Assembly (NCBI RefSeq): GCF_012571795.1
Contig: NZ_CP046222.1
Coordinates: 360,819 to 392,818, forward strand
Length of the DNA: 32,000 bases
Direction: 5' to 3'
From: Candidatus Saccharimonadota bacterium
Lineage (GTDB): Bacteria > Pseudomonadota > Gammaproteobacteria > Enterobacterales > Enterobacteriaceae
Within the stretch, counting starts at the first letter, position 1; every line of letters begins with the position of its first letter. Below are positions 1-12,928 of this stretch, piece after piece. The position numbers and the translations under genes were made by a program. Under the pieces are notes generated by a model, which searched no databases, was not told the DNA's origin, and saw only the letters and a program-made list of their open reading frames with translations.

Positions 1-108
1 TATTTAAATAATATACTTAATAATGGTTCTAAAAAAGCAAAAACACAAGCTTTAATAACATTAAATAAAGTATATAAATCATTAGGAATAAGACAAAAAT
101 CTGATTAA
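1..108 (+). CDS. trpS: 3' end of tryptophanyl-tRNA synthetase gene (partial, enters from left edge)
   Basis: Frame 1 is open from base 1 to TAA at 106-108. It translates to YLNNILNNGSKKAKTQALITLNKVYKSLGIRQKSD. This aligns position-for-position with the E. coli TrpS C-terminus (FLQQVMKDGAEKASAHASRTLKAVYEAIGF, recalled from memory). Only 35 codons are visible. Confidence 0.6.
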   Translation, partial: YLNNILNNGSKKAKTQALITLNKVYKSLGIRQKSD

Positions 109-743
109 CGAGTACCATATACAATAATTGTTTTACCTTTTGCAGATATAATATTATTATTTTCTAAAATTTTTAATATTCTACCTACTGTTTCTCGTGA
201 ACAACCAACTATTTTCCCTATTTCTTGTCTAGTAATTTTAATCTGCATACCATCTGGATGCGTAATTGCTTCAGGTAATTGTGCTAAATGTAATAATGTA
301 ATATTAATTCTTTGTTGTACATTCAAAAAAATTAAATCTCTAATTTTTTTAGAAATAAAATATAATCTATTTGCTATTTGTGAAGCAATTGTCATAATAA
401 TATTATTATTAATTTTAATTAAATTTAAAAACTTTTGATAAGATATTACTGCAACTTCACATTCTGTTTTAGATTTTACTAATGTTGTACTTAATTTATT
501 AATATTATCAAAAATTCCTAATGTCCCTATAAAATTTCCAGAATTTAAATAGTATAAAATAATTTCTTTATTATTGTTTTTATTATGCATTAGAACTGTT
601 ACACTTCCCTTTAAAATATAATACACATTTTGTACTATGTCACCTTGATTTATTAAAATTTTTTTAGCAGAATATTTTTGAATACTACAGTAAGATAGAA
701 ACCATGTTAAAGTAGGATCTTTTTGTGATTTAAATACTATCAT
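105..743 (-). CDS. crp: cAMP receptor protein family transcription factor (CRP)
   Basis: The 212-aa ORF is collinear with E. coli CRP over its full length. It starts with DPTLTWFLSYC and ends with THPDGMQIKITRQEIGKIVGCSRETVGRILKILE...GKTIIVYGTR, which is nearly identical to the E. coli HTH/AR1 region. An AAGGA Shine-Dalgarno lies about 7 nt upstream. Confidence 0.92.
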   Translation of the reverse strand: MIVFKSQKDPTLTWFLSYCSIQKYSAKKILINQGDIVQNVYYILKGSVTVLMHNKNNNKEIILYYLNSGNFIGTLGIFDNINKLSTTLVKSKTECEVAVISYQKFLNLIKINNNIIMTIASQIANRLYFISKKIRDLIFLNVQQRINITLLHLAQLPEAITHPDGMQIKITRQEIGKIVGCSRETVGRILKILENNNIISAKGKTIIVYGTR

Positions 744-849
744 GTAATTATCCTTACTTGAATTATATAAATATAATTACATATATTTTAAATAAAACAT
801 ACAAAATGTTTATTATTTATACTTAATTATACATTAATATTATATAGTA

Positions 850-925
850 TGCTGATACCCAGAATTGAACTGGGAACCTTGCCCATACCAAGAGCATGCT
901 CTTACCTATTTTGAGCTATATCAGC
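850..925 (-). tRNA. thrT: tRNA-Thr (anticodon GGU)
   Basis: The reverse complement reads GCTGATATAGCTCAAAATAGGTAAGAGCATGCTCTTGGTATGGGCAAGGTTCCCAGTTCAATTCTGGGTATCAGCA. It has a 7-bp acceptor stem, a GGTTC..AATTC T-arm, and anticodon loop TTGGTAT. It is the last gene of a thrU-tyrU-glyT-thrT order, as in E. coli. Confidence 0.9.
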
Positions 926-956
926 AAAATATTTATAAAAATTATTTAATTAATAA

Positions 957-1030
957 TGGAGCAGACAGCGGGAATCGAACCCGCATCATTAGCTTGGAAG
1001 GCTAAAGTAATACCATTATACAATGTCTGC
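957..1030 (-). tRNA. glyT: tRNA-Gly (anticodon UCC), CCA encoded
   Basis: The reverse complement reads GCAGACATTGTATAATGGTATTACTTTAGCCTTCCAAGCTAATGATGCGGGTTCGATTCCCGCTGTCTGCTCCA. The anticodon stem-loop is TTAGC-CTTCCAA-GCTAA. Confidence 0.9.
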
Positions 1031-1052
1031 AAATGAAAGACATTAATAGATA

Positions 1053-1137
1053 TGGTGGTGGGAGAAGGATTCGAACCTTCGAAGTCAAAAACGACAGATT
1101 TACAGTCTGTTCCCGTTAACCACTTGGGTATCCCACC
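1053..1137 (-). tRNA. tyrU: tRNA-Tyr (anticodon GUA), long variable arm, CCA encoded
   Basis: The reverse complement reads GGTGGGATACCCAAGTGGTTAACGGGAACAGACTGTAAATCTGTCGTTTTTGACTTCGAAGGTTCGAATCCTTCTCCCACCACCA. The anticodon loop is CTGTAAA, and the 85-nt length fits a class II tRNA. Confidence 0.9.
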
Positions 1138-1165
1138 AATTTTAAAATATAAAAACAGCATTTTA

Positions 1166-1238
<73 letters not shown>

Positions 1239-1290
1239 ATATTATAATAAAAAAAGATATTTTATTAAAAATACTGATAAAGTTTTACTC

Positions 1291-1413
1291 TGATCCTAGT
1301 ATTTTCCTACTCTTACATGGGGAAACCCCATACTACCATCGGCACTACAACGTTTCACTTCTGAGTTCGGTATGGATTCAGGTGGTACCATTGCGTTATA
1401 TATACTAGGATCA
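1291..1413 (-). rRNA. rrf: 5S ribosomal RNA
   Basis: The reverse complement contains CCGAACTCAGAAGTGAAACG...GCCGATGGTAGT.TGGGG...CCCCATG.AAGAGTAGG, collinear with E. coli 5S. The terminal helix is TGATCCTAGTAT/ATACTAGGATCA. Ends are accurate to about +/-3 nt. Confidence 0.9.
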
Positions 1414-1457
1414 AAATTAAATTATATAATCTAATTTTAAATAAGTTACAATAATAA

Positions 1458-1475
1458 AAACGATTCTGGTGTTGT

Positions 1476-1477
<2 letters not shown>
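1458..1477 (-). promoter_or_regulatory. 3' half of the 23S precursor processing stem (RNase III-type), pairs with 4411-4430
   Basis: aaacgattctggtgttgtaa (1458-1477) is the near-perfect reverse complement of ttacaacccacaatcgtttc (4411-4430). That gives 18 bp of pairing with one mismatch and one bulge, bracketing the mature 23S ends as in E. coli. Confidence 0.6.
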
Positions 1478-4410
<2,933 letters not shown>

Positions 4411-4430
4411 TTACAACCCACAATCGTTTC
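4411..4430 (-). promoter_or_regulatory. 5' half of the 23S precursor processing stem, pairs with 1458-1477
   Basis: See its partner at 1458-1477. It lies immediately upstream (minus sense) of the mature 5' end GGTTAAGTAAAATAAGCG. Confidence 0.6.
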
Positions 4431-4490
4431 AATAATTTTATATAGTATTTATAAAAAATACTATGTTAAAATAATTATATAATAACCAAA

Positions 4491-4502
4491 TTTTCAAAGA
4501 AC
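4491..4502 (-). promoter_or_regulatory. Spacer boxA-like antitermination element
   Basis: The minus strand reads GTTCTTTGAAAA, compared with the E. coli boxA consensus GCTCTTTAACAA. It sits in the 16S-23S spacer, where the second boxA lies in enterobacterial rrn operons. The match is weaker than for the leader copy. Confidence 0.35.
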
Positions 4503-4530
4503 TTATAATTAAAAATTTTATATAATAATA

Positions 4531-4552
4531 AAATGTTTTTCAGAACGTTCTC
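4531..4552 (-). promoter_or_regulatory. 3' half of the 16S precursor processing stem, pairs with 6200-6221
   Basis: In the RNA, GAGAACGUUCUGAAAAACAUUU (from 4531-4552) pairs over all 22 positions with AAAUGUUUUUUAGGACGUUCUC (from 6200-6221), including 2 G-U wobbles. The two halves bracket the 16S. Confidence 0.7.
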
Positions 4553-4573
4553 CACATAGAGTAATTATAATAA

Positions 4574-6125
<1,552 letters not shown>

Positions 6126-6199
6126 AAAAACGAAAAAATATCCTATAAAAATTATTATAATTTTTATAGTTTAAATCCAAAAATATAATACTCATTGAA

Positions 6200-6221
6200 G
6201 AGAACGTCCTAAAAAACATTT
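6200..6221 (-). promoter_or_regulatory. 5' half of the 16S precursor processing stem, pairs with 4531-4552
   Basis: See its partner at 4531-4552. Confidence 0.7.
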
Positions 6222-6227
6222 TATTTA

Positions 6228-6239
6228 TTATTAAAGAAC
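6228..6239 (-). promoter_or_regulatory. Leader boxA-like antitermination element
   Basis: The minus strand reads GTTCTTTAATAA, a 10/12 match to the consensus GCTCTTTAACAA. It lies between the candidate promoter and the 16S processing stem, which is the canonical order. Confidence 0.5.
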
Positions 6240-6265
6240 TTTAAAAAAATATAAACACTAAGTAC

Positions 6266-6307
6266 ATTTTACATTTTAATATTAAAGAGTCAAGTTTTTT
6301 TTATCAA
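6266..6307 (-). promoter_or_regulatory. Candidate rrn promoter(s) with an A-tract UP-like element
   Basis: The minus strand reads ATTTTGATAAAAAAAACTTGACTCTTTAATATTAAAATGTAAAATG. One candidate is -35 TTGACT (6288-6293), a 16-nt spacer, and -10 TAAAAT (6266-6271). An overlapping alternative is TTGATA (6302-6307), a 17-nt spacer, and TAATAT (6279-6284). -10-like hexamers are frequent by chance in this AT-rich DNA. Confidence 0.45.
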
Positions 6308-6321
6308 AATAATAAATAATT

Positions 6322-7149
6322 TTATAATATTTTTATTTTTTTAAAAATATTAAAACCATATTTTTTTGATATAATTTTTATATTATTAATTTCAATAATA
6401 TTTTTTGTATATAAAAGAATATGTTGGATATGATCAGATATCATACTTTTTTTTATGATATTTTTTTTTAATATGTGTAAAATAGTTTTATTGGAATCTA
6501 AAAAATTAGTAGTATTAGGAAAAATATTTGTTAATTCATTTTTCAATAATATAAAATGTGTACATCCTAAGATAATAGTATCAGGATATAATATAAATTT
6601 ATTATAATTATTAAAAATATTTAAAAGTATATCTTGAGATATACTTTGACCTAATGCTTTTTGTTCTGCTAATAAAACTAATTCGGGCGAAGAAAATGTT
6701 TGTATTGTATATTTATTATTATAATTAAGTTTACGAATTTGTTTTTTTATATAACAACTATTTATTGTAGTTTCAGTAGCTAATAAGCCTATTATATTAT
6801 TTTTAGTTACTTTTATAGCTGTTTTTAACACAGGTGTTACACCGATAATAGGAAACGAAAAATATTGGTTAAGATATGGTAAACTAGATACACTAGCCGT
6901 ATTACAGCCTATAATAGCTAATGTAATATTATAATTATTAATTATATTATATAATATTTTTAATAAGCGTTTTTTAATAAAATCTTTAGATTTATTGCCA
7001 TATGGAAAGTATGCATTATCTAATAAATAAATAAAATTTACATTAGAAATTTTATTTTTTATATAATTTAATATTGACAAACCACCTACACCAGAATCAA
7101 AAATAAAAATAGTTATTTGATGTCTTTGATATGATATATTATCATTCAT
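6322..7149 (-). CDS. murI: Glutamate racemase
   Basis: The 275-aa ORF carries the racemase motifs FIFDSGVGGLS, GCNTAS and LGCTHF. Its position immediately upstream of the rrn operon matches E. coli murI-rrnB. Confidence 0.9.
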   Translation of the reverse strand: MNDNISYQRHQITIFIFDSGVGGLSILNYIKNKISNVNFIYLLDNAYFPYGNKSKDFIKKRLLKILYNIINNYNITLAIIGCNTASVSSLPYLNQYFSFPIIGVTPVLKTAIKVTKNNIIGLLATETTINSCYIKKQIRKLNYNNKYTIQTFSSPELVLLAEQKALGQSISQDILLNIFNNYNKFILYPDTIILGCTHFILLKNELTNIFPNTTNFLDSNKTILHILKKNIIKKSMISDHIQHILLYTKNIIEINNIKIISKKYGFNIFKKIKIL

Positions 7150-7281
7150 AAAAAACCTTTATTAATTAGTTATTAATTTAATAAATAATATATAAATTAT
7201 AAAATTTGATATTTATATAATAGATTAAATATTTTTATCTATGTATATAACATTTTATTTTAAAATCATTAATATATAAAT

Positions 7282-8430
7282 ATGAACAGATTAAATAAAA
7301 AAATAATTTATTTAGATAATGCAGCTACTACTCCAATAGATAAAAAAGTTGCAAAAAAAATGTATTTTTATCTTAAAAACTATTTTGGTAATCCTGCATC
7401 AACACATTATTTAGGATTAAAAGTTAATCAAGATATTATCAAATCTAGAAAAACAATTATAAAAATTTTAGGTGGTACAGATCCAAATAATATTATATTT
7501 ACATCGACAGCTAGTGAATCTAATAATTTAGCAATTAAAGGTATTATATATAATTACCAATGTAAAAAACATATTATAACATGTGTTAGCGAACATAAAT
7601 CCATATTAGAAACTTGTTTTTTTTTAGAAAAAAAAAAATTATGTGATATTACTTATTTAAAAATTAATAAGTATGGGTTAATAGATTTAACAATTTTAGA
7701 AAATAGTATAAAAAATGAAACTATCTTAGTTTCTATTATGCATATTAATAATGAGATAGGTGTTATACAAAATATCAAAAAAATTGGTAAAATATGTAAA
7801 AAACATAATATTTTATTTCATGTAGATGCAACACAAAGCATAGGAAAATTTTACATTAATGTATTAGATATGAATATAGATTTAATGTCATTTTCAGCAC
7901 ATAAATTTTATGGTCCTAAAGGTATAGGCATTTTATATACCAAATTTAATAATTTAATACCATTAATACATGGTGGTGCTCAAGAAAACAACATAAGATC
8001 AGGAACTTTGGCAACTCATCAAATTATAGGATTAACTGAAGCTTTACATCTATCTTATATGAATTATCAAAAAAATTTATTAAAAATAACTAAATTTAAA
8101 CAAATATTATGGAATGGTATTAAAAATATTAAAGATATATATATTAATGGTGATTTTAAAAACAGTACTCCCTATATTATAAATATAAGATTTAATAATA
8201 TATTTAATAAATTATTACTAACAGAAATGCAAAATATCGCTGTTTCAATATCTTCTGCATGTACATCAAATAACTATCAAGATTCTCACGTATTACAAGC
8301 ATTAGGACTAACAACAAAAGAAATACAAAGTTCTATTAGAATTTCTTTCGGTAAATTTAATACCATACACGATATTAATAATACAATTATAACAATACAT
8401 AAAGCAATTAAAAAATTAAAAATAATTTGA
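7282..8430 (+). CDS. iscS: Class I (IscS/NifS-type) cysteine desulfurase, stand-alone
   Basis: The 382-aa ORF is collinear with E. coli IscS. Shared motifs include YLDNAATTP, FGNPAS, ILVSIMHINNEIGVIQ, HVDATQS, SFSAHKFYGPKGIG (PLP Lys), RSGTL and the active-site loop SSACTS. There is no iscR/U/A next to it. Confidence 0.85.
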   Translation: MNRLNKKIIYLDNAATTPIDKKVAKKMYFYLKNYFGNPASTHYLGLKVNQDIIKSRKTIIKILGGTDPNNIIFTSTASESNNLAIKGIIYNYQCKKHIITCVSEHKSILETCFFLEKKKLCDITYLKINKYGLIDLTILENSIKNETILVSIMHINNEIGVIQNIKKIGKICKKHNILFHVDATQSIGKFYINVLDMNIDLMSFSAHKFYGPKGIGILYTKFNNLIPLIHGGAQENNIRSGTLATHQIIGLTEALHLSYMNYQKNLLKITKFKQILWNGIKNIKDIYINGDFKNSTPYIINIRFNNIFNKLLLTEMQNIAVSISSACTSNNYQDSHVLQALGLTTKEIQSSIRISFGKFNTIHDINNTIITIHKAIKKLKII

Positions 8431-8457
8431 TAAAATATTTTTTATTTAGATAAATAA

Positions 8458-9867
8458 TTATATAATATGTACTGAAATAGTATTTGTTGTACCACTAGGT
8501 ACTAGCGCACCAGAAACCATAACAATAACATCACCTTTAATAGCATATTTACTAGATAATGCTACTTTTTTACCAATGATATAAAAATCATCTGTAGATG
8601 ATATTTTTTTTACAACTTTAGGTATAGTGCCTTTGTTTAAAATAAGTTGTTTAGCTGTTTTAGTATCAGTTGTTAAAGCTAAAATCATTGCTTTAGGAAA
8701 ATATTTTCTTATTGCTTTAGCAGATTTTCCTAATCTAGTAGCTACAATAATTAGAGGTGCCTGCAATTTTTCTGCTATTTCTACAGCACTACGACATATA
8801 GCATCTGTAATACTCATATCATTATTTGGATAATAATTTATTCTATTATTCATAGTTAAATCTGTTCTTTCACAAATAATAGACATAATTCTAATAGACT
8901 CAAGTGGATATTGCCCATTAGCACTTTCACCAGATAACATAACAGCATCAGTACCATCTAAAATTGCATTAGCAACATCACCAGCTTCTGCTCTAGTAGG
9001 ACGAGGATTTTTTATCATAGAATCTAACATCTGTGTTGCTGTAATTACTATTTTACCAAAACAATTACATTTATTAATAATCATTTTTTGTGCAAATATT
9101 ACATCTTCTACAGGTATTTCTACACCTAAATCTCCTCTAGCAACCATAATACCATCAGATACATTTAATATATCGTCAAAATTATTTAATCCTTCCTGGT
9201 TTTCAATTTTTGAAATAATTTGTATACGACTTCCGCCATGTATTTGTAAAAATTCTTTAATATCTAAAACATCTTGTTTTTTACGAATAAATGAAGCTGC
9301 AATATAATCTACCTCATTTTCACATGCAAAAATTAAATCTTTTTTATCTTGATCTGATAAAGTAGGTAATTGGATTGATATTCCTGGTAAATTAATACCT
9401 TTATTTTCTAAAAGAATACCATTATTTAATACTTGACATATAATTTGATCATTATATATTTTTATAACCTTCATGGCTATTAAACCATCATCAATTAAAA
9501 TAATATCATCTTTATTTAAGATATTTACTAAATTATTATAAGTTATTGCAATACATGTATTATTGCCAATAAAATTTTGGTTAGTAGTTAATATAAATGT
9601 TTGTCCAGCATATAAATTAACTTTTTTACCTTGTTCTAAAGACATCGTACGAATTTCTGGACCTTTAGTATCTAATAATATTGCAGCTTTTTTCCCTGTT
9701 TCATACATAGCTTGTCTACAATTAATAATTCTTTTTTTATGGTTATTATGATTGCCATGTGAAAAATTTAATCTTATAACATTCATGCCTAAATTTAAAA
9801 ATTTTGATAACATATTTACTGATTCAGATTGTGGACCAATTGTACAAACAATCTTTGTTTTTTTCAT
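8458..9867 (-). CDS. pykF: Pyruvate kinase I
   Basis: The 469-aa ORF begins [12 protein letters not shown]. Its central stretch [32 protein letters not shown]...[36 protein letters not shown] is near-identical to E. coli PykF. The neighbourhood (suf operon) matches E. coli. Confidence 0.95.
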   Translation of the reverse strand: MKKTKIVCTIGPQSESVNMLSKFLNLGMNVIRLNFSHGNHNNHKKRIINCRQAMYETGKKAAILLDTKGPEIRTMSLEQGKKVNLYAGQTFILTTNQNFIGNNTCIAITYNNLVNILNKDDIILIDDGLIAMKVIKIYNDQIICQVLNNGILLENKGINLPGISIQLPTLSDQDKKDLIFACENEVDYIAASFIRKKQDVLDIKEFLQIHGGSRIQIISKIENQEGLNNFDDILNVSDGIMVARGDLGVEIPVEDVIFAQKMIINKCNCFGKIVITATQMLDSMIKNPRPTRAEAGDVANAILDGTDAVMLSGESANGQYPLESIRIMSIICERTDLTMNNRINYYPNNDMSITDAICRSAVEIAEKLQAPLIIVATRLGKSAKAIRKYFPKAMILALTTDTKTAKQLILNKGTIPKVVKKISSTDDFYIIGKKVALSSKYAIKGDVIVMVSGALVPSGTTNTISVHII

Positions 9868-9945
9868 ATATTAAATATTTCCTATATTATTTCTTCTAAA
9901 TTATCTGTTTAAAAAAACACATTAAATATTATTTAATTCGTCAAA

Positions 9946-10380
9946 CTACAATTTATATTGTACTATTTTTGTTAATTTATTTTTAATTGTTTGTATAATA
10001 GTTTCTATTCCTTGTAATCTAGATATTGTTAAATATTTATTTAAATTTAATTTTTTAAAACATAAATTTATATTAAATTTTATAATTTCATTATAGGTTT
10101 TATTTTCATAAAAAATAAAAATCATTGTTAATAGACCTTTTACTATGGCAGAATCACTATCTCCATGAAATATTACATAATTATTAGATTGTATTTTTAT
10201 TGATATCCAAACTTGACTTTGACAACCTGGAATAAAATTTTCTAACGAATGAGCTTTTGATGATAAATATGGAATATTATTACCTAATTCAATTATATAA
10301 AGATATTTTTCTTCCCAAGAAGAACAACTTAAAAAATTTTTCTCCATAATATTTCTATTTATTATAGGATATATTTTCAT
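9946..10380 (-). CDS. sufE: Cysteine desulfuration (sulfur acceptor) protein SufE
   Basis: The 144-aa ORF contains WEEKYLYIIELG and the active-site motif GCQSQVWI. Its start overlaps the sufS stop by 4 nt. M12 is an alternative start. Confidence 0.9.
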   Translation of the reverse strand: MKIYPIINRNIMEKNFLSCSSWEEKYLYIIELGNNIPYLSSKAHSLENFIPGCQSQVWISIKIQSNNYVIFHGDSDSAIVKGLLTMIFIFYENKTYNEIIKFNINLCFKKLNLNKYLTISRLQGIETIIQTIKNKLTKIVQYKL

Positions 10381-11621
10381 AATTTTTTATTTAATAATAA
10401 ATTGTTTATATATATTAATTTTTCTATAAAAACATCTATTTCTTCAATATTATTATATATTGATAAGGATATTCTACACATAGACTGTACATTATAATAA
10501 TTCATTACAGGAATAGCACAATGATGTCCAGTACGTATGGCAATACCATATTGATCTAAAAAACTACCTATATCATAGGCATGATGTTGATTAATATTAA
10601 AAGAAATAATACCTATACGATTATTTAATTTATTGCTACCAAATATTTTAATATTTGGAATTGTATTTAATTTTTCTAAAGTATATTTAGTTAAAAATTT
10701 ATTATATGTAATAATTTTATTTATATCAAATGATTTAAACCATTTTAATGCAGCACTTAATCCAATTATACCTGATATATTAGGTGTTCCTGCTTCAAAT
10801 TTCCATGGCACTTGTTCCCAAATGGGATCTTGAAATTTATTAAAATATTTAATCATACCTCCACCAAATTCCCATGGTGATATAGATTCTAATATTTCTT
10901 TTTTGCCCCATAAAACACCAATACCTGTAGGACCAAAAATTTTATGTCCTGAAAATACAAAAAAATCACAATTTAAATCTTGTATATTAATATTAATATT
11001 TGCAATTGCTTGTGCACCATCTATTAAAGTAATAATATTTTTTTTACGTGCTAATGCTATAATTTTTTTAATAGGGTTAATCGTTCCCAAAACATTAGAA
11101 ATATATGTCAAAGATATTAATTTGGTATTCTGATCAATTAATTTATATAATTTAGATATATTTAATTCACCATTAAATGTTAATGGAATAATTTTAATTG
11201 TAAAACCTATTTTTTTAGATAATATTTGCCATGGTAAAATATTTGAATGATGTTCCATCTCAGATATAATAATATTATGTTTATATTTTATATTTTGTAA
11301 TGCCCAAGTATTAGCAATAAAATTAATACCTTCTGTTGTACTTTTAGTAAAAATTATTTCTTTTGATGAAGGAGCATTAATAAATTTTGCAATTTGTTTA
11401 CGTATATATTCAATATTATTAGTCATATTTATACTTAAATCATATGAACCTCTATGTACTGTTGCATAATTCTTTATATAAAAATTCTGTAATGTATTAA
11501 TTACATCTATAGGTTTATGTACAGTAGCTGCATTATCTAAATAAATAAATTTATGACTATTAATTTTACGTGATAAAATAGGAAACTGTTTACGAATATT
11601 TTTAATTGAATAATTATCCAT
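10377..11621 (-). CDS. sufS: Class II cysteine desulfurase SufS
   Basis: The 414-aa ORF has YLDNAAT, SGHKIFGPTGIGVLWG (PLP Lys) and RTGHHCAIP (catalytic Cys). It sits between sufD and sufE. Confidence 0.93.
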   Translation of the reverse strand: MDNYSIKNIRKQFPILSRKINSHKFIYLDNAATVHKPIDVINTLQNFYIKNYATVHRGSYDLSINMTNNIEYIRKQIAKFINAPSSKEIIFTKSTTEGINFIANTWALQNIKYKHNIIISEMEHHSNILPWQILSKKIGFTIKIIPLTFNGELNISKLYKLIDQNTKLISLTYISNVLGTINPIKKIIALARKKNIITLIDGAQAIANININIQDLNCDFFVFSGHKIFGPTGIGVLWGKKEILESISPWEFGGGMIKYFNKFQDPIWEQVPWKFEAGTPNISGIIGLSAALKWFKSFDINKIITYNKFLTKYTLEKLNTIPNIKIFGSNKLNNRIGIISFNINQHHAYDIGSFLDQYGIAIRTGHHCAIPVMNYYNVQSMCRISLSIYNNIEEIDVFIEKLIYINNLLLNKKL

Positions 11622-12928
11622 TAAATATAATTCTCTATTAATAAATAATAATAAGATGTATATTGTGAAATTATTTCTTTTATATTAATATCATTTATAT
11701 CATTGATAGTATCTATTATAAAAGCATAAATTAACATAGCAAATATTTTCCTGAGTTTTATACCTCTTGTTCTTAAAAAGAAAATTTGTGTTTTATCTAT
11801 TTTCCCTGTTAATGCACTATGTTTACATTTAACATTATTATTATAAATATCTAATTTAGGTTGCATATTTATTTCTGAATTTTGATCTAGAATTAAACTA
11901 TTATAATTAATTTGTCCATCTGTTTTCTTTGCTATTTTATTAATATATAATTTACTAATTAAATTAATAATAGAATTTTTTAAAGCAATAGATTTATGTA
12001 ATTGAAAACTATAACAATTTTTACTATTATGTTTTAAATAATTATAATTATTAATTATACTATTTTTTGTAGTTAAAATTAAACTTTTATATTTTAATGT
12101 AGAATTATTACCTATAAATTTAAAATAATTATTATAATGTATATTTTTATAATTGGATAATAAATCATATTTTTTCATTTGAATTGTATTATATAAATGA
12201 TATGTATAATTAGAACAATAAGTACTAATTTTATTACAATGATCTGTAATAAATAAATAATGTTTTAATATAGTATTATTTTTGCAAAAATAATTTGTAT
12301 AAGTATTATTAAAACAATTTTGATTTAAATTAATAAAATGTTCAATAATAATTATATTTTTATTATTTAAAGTAATATTATTATAATAATTAGATATTTG
12401 CATATTATTAGTATTATTAATATTTAAATATATAAAATAGATAGGTTTATTAATATTATTGGTATTATTACTAATATCTGTAATATTAATAGATATTAAT
12501 TTTTGAGATAAAATATAAGATAAATATACATAAATATTTTTTTGGTAGAAACTATTACAAAAATCTCTATCACAATTTAATTCATTAATTGTAATATTAT
12601 AATAATTATTAGTTATATCGCTTATATCTTTATATAAAAGACCATTTATAAAATATAAATAAATAGCATTTTTCATTAAAATTAAATTATTAATTTTATC
12701 TTTAATAATTTTTTTTATAAAAAAATAATCATAATTATGTAAACAAATATCTTTATTAATATATAAAAAATTTTGATATTTTTTATTAAAAAAATTTGTT
12801 TTTAGTAATTTTTTAAAATTTAACCAATATTTTTCTTTTATATAATTAAATTTTTTATTTTGATTTTGTATATATATTTTTTCTAATTTATATAATGTAT
12901 CATTATCTATGTATGTTATCATATCCAT
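11621..12928 (-). CDS. sufD: Fe-S cluster assembly protein SufD (highly diverged, Asn/Ile/Tyr-rich)
   Basis: The 435-aa ORF occupies the sufC-sufS slot. Only the C-terminal part is clearly SufD-like: ALTGKIDKTQIFFLRTRGIKL...LIYAFI matches E. coli VGRIDDEQIFYLRSRGI...IIYAFA. It has a TAATG overlap with sufS and overlaps the sufC 3' end by 20-26 nt, depending on the start chosen. Confidence 0.8.
   Translation of the reverse strand: MDMITYIDNDTLYKLEKIYIQNQNKKFNYIKEKYWLNFKKLLKTNFFNKKYQNFLYINKDICLHNYDYFFIKKIIKDKINNLILMKNAIYLYFINGLLYKDISDITNNYYNITINELNCDRDFCNSFYQKNIYVYLSYILSQKLISINITDISNNTNNINKPIYFIYLNINNTNNMQISNYYNNITLNNKNIIIIEHFINLNQNCFNNTYTNYFCKNNTILKHYLFITDHCNKISTYCSNYTYHLYNTIQMKKYDLLSNYKNIHYNNYFKFIGNNSTLKYKSLILTTKNSIINNYNYLKHNSKNCYSFQLHKSIALKNSIINLISKLYINKIAKKTDGQINYNSLILDQNSEINMQPKLDIYNNNVKCKHSALTGKIDKTQIFFLRTRGIKLRKIFAMLIYAFIIDTINDINDINIKEIISQYTSYYYLLIENYI

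Noticed and set aside
946-1161. 71-aa minus-strand ORF from the ORF track
   Set aside because: It lies entirely over the glyT and tyrU tRNA genes, so it is a chance open frame.
4411-4573. Possible tRNA (Glu or Ile/Ala) in the 16S-23S spacer
   Set aside because: The spacer is 163 bp of almost pure A/T. It has no acceptor-stem or T-arm (GGTTCGAATCC-like) pattern on either strand.
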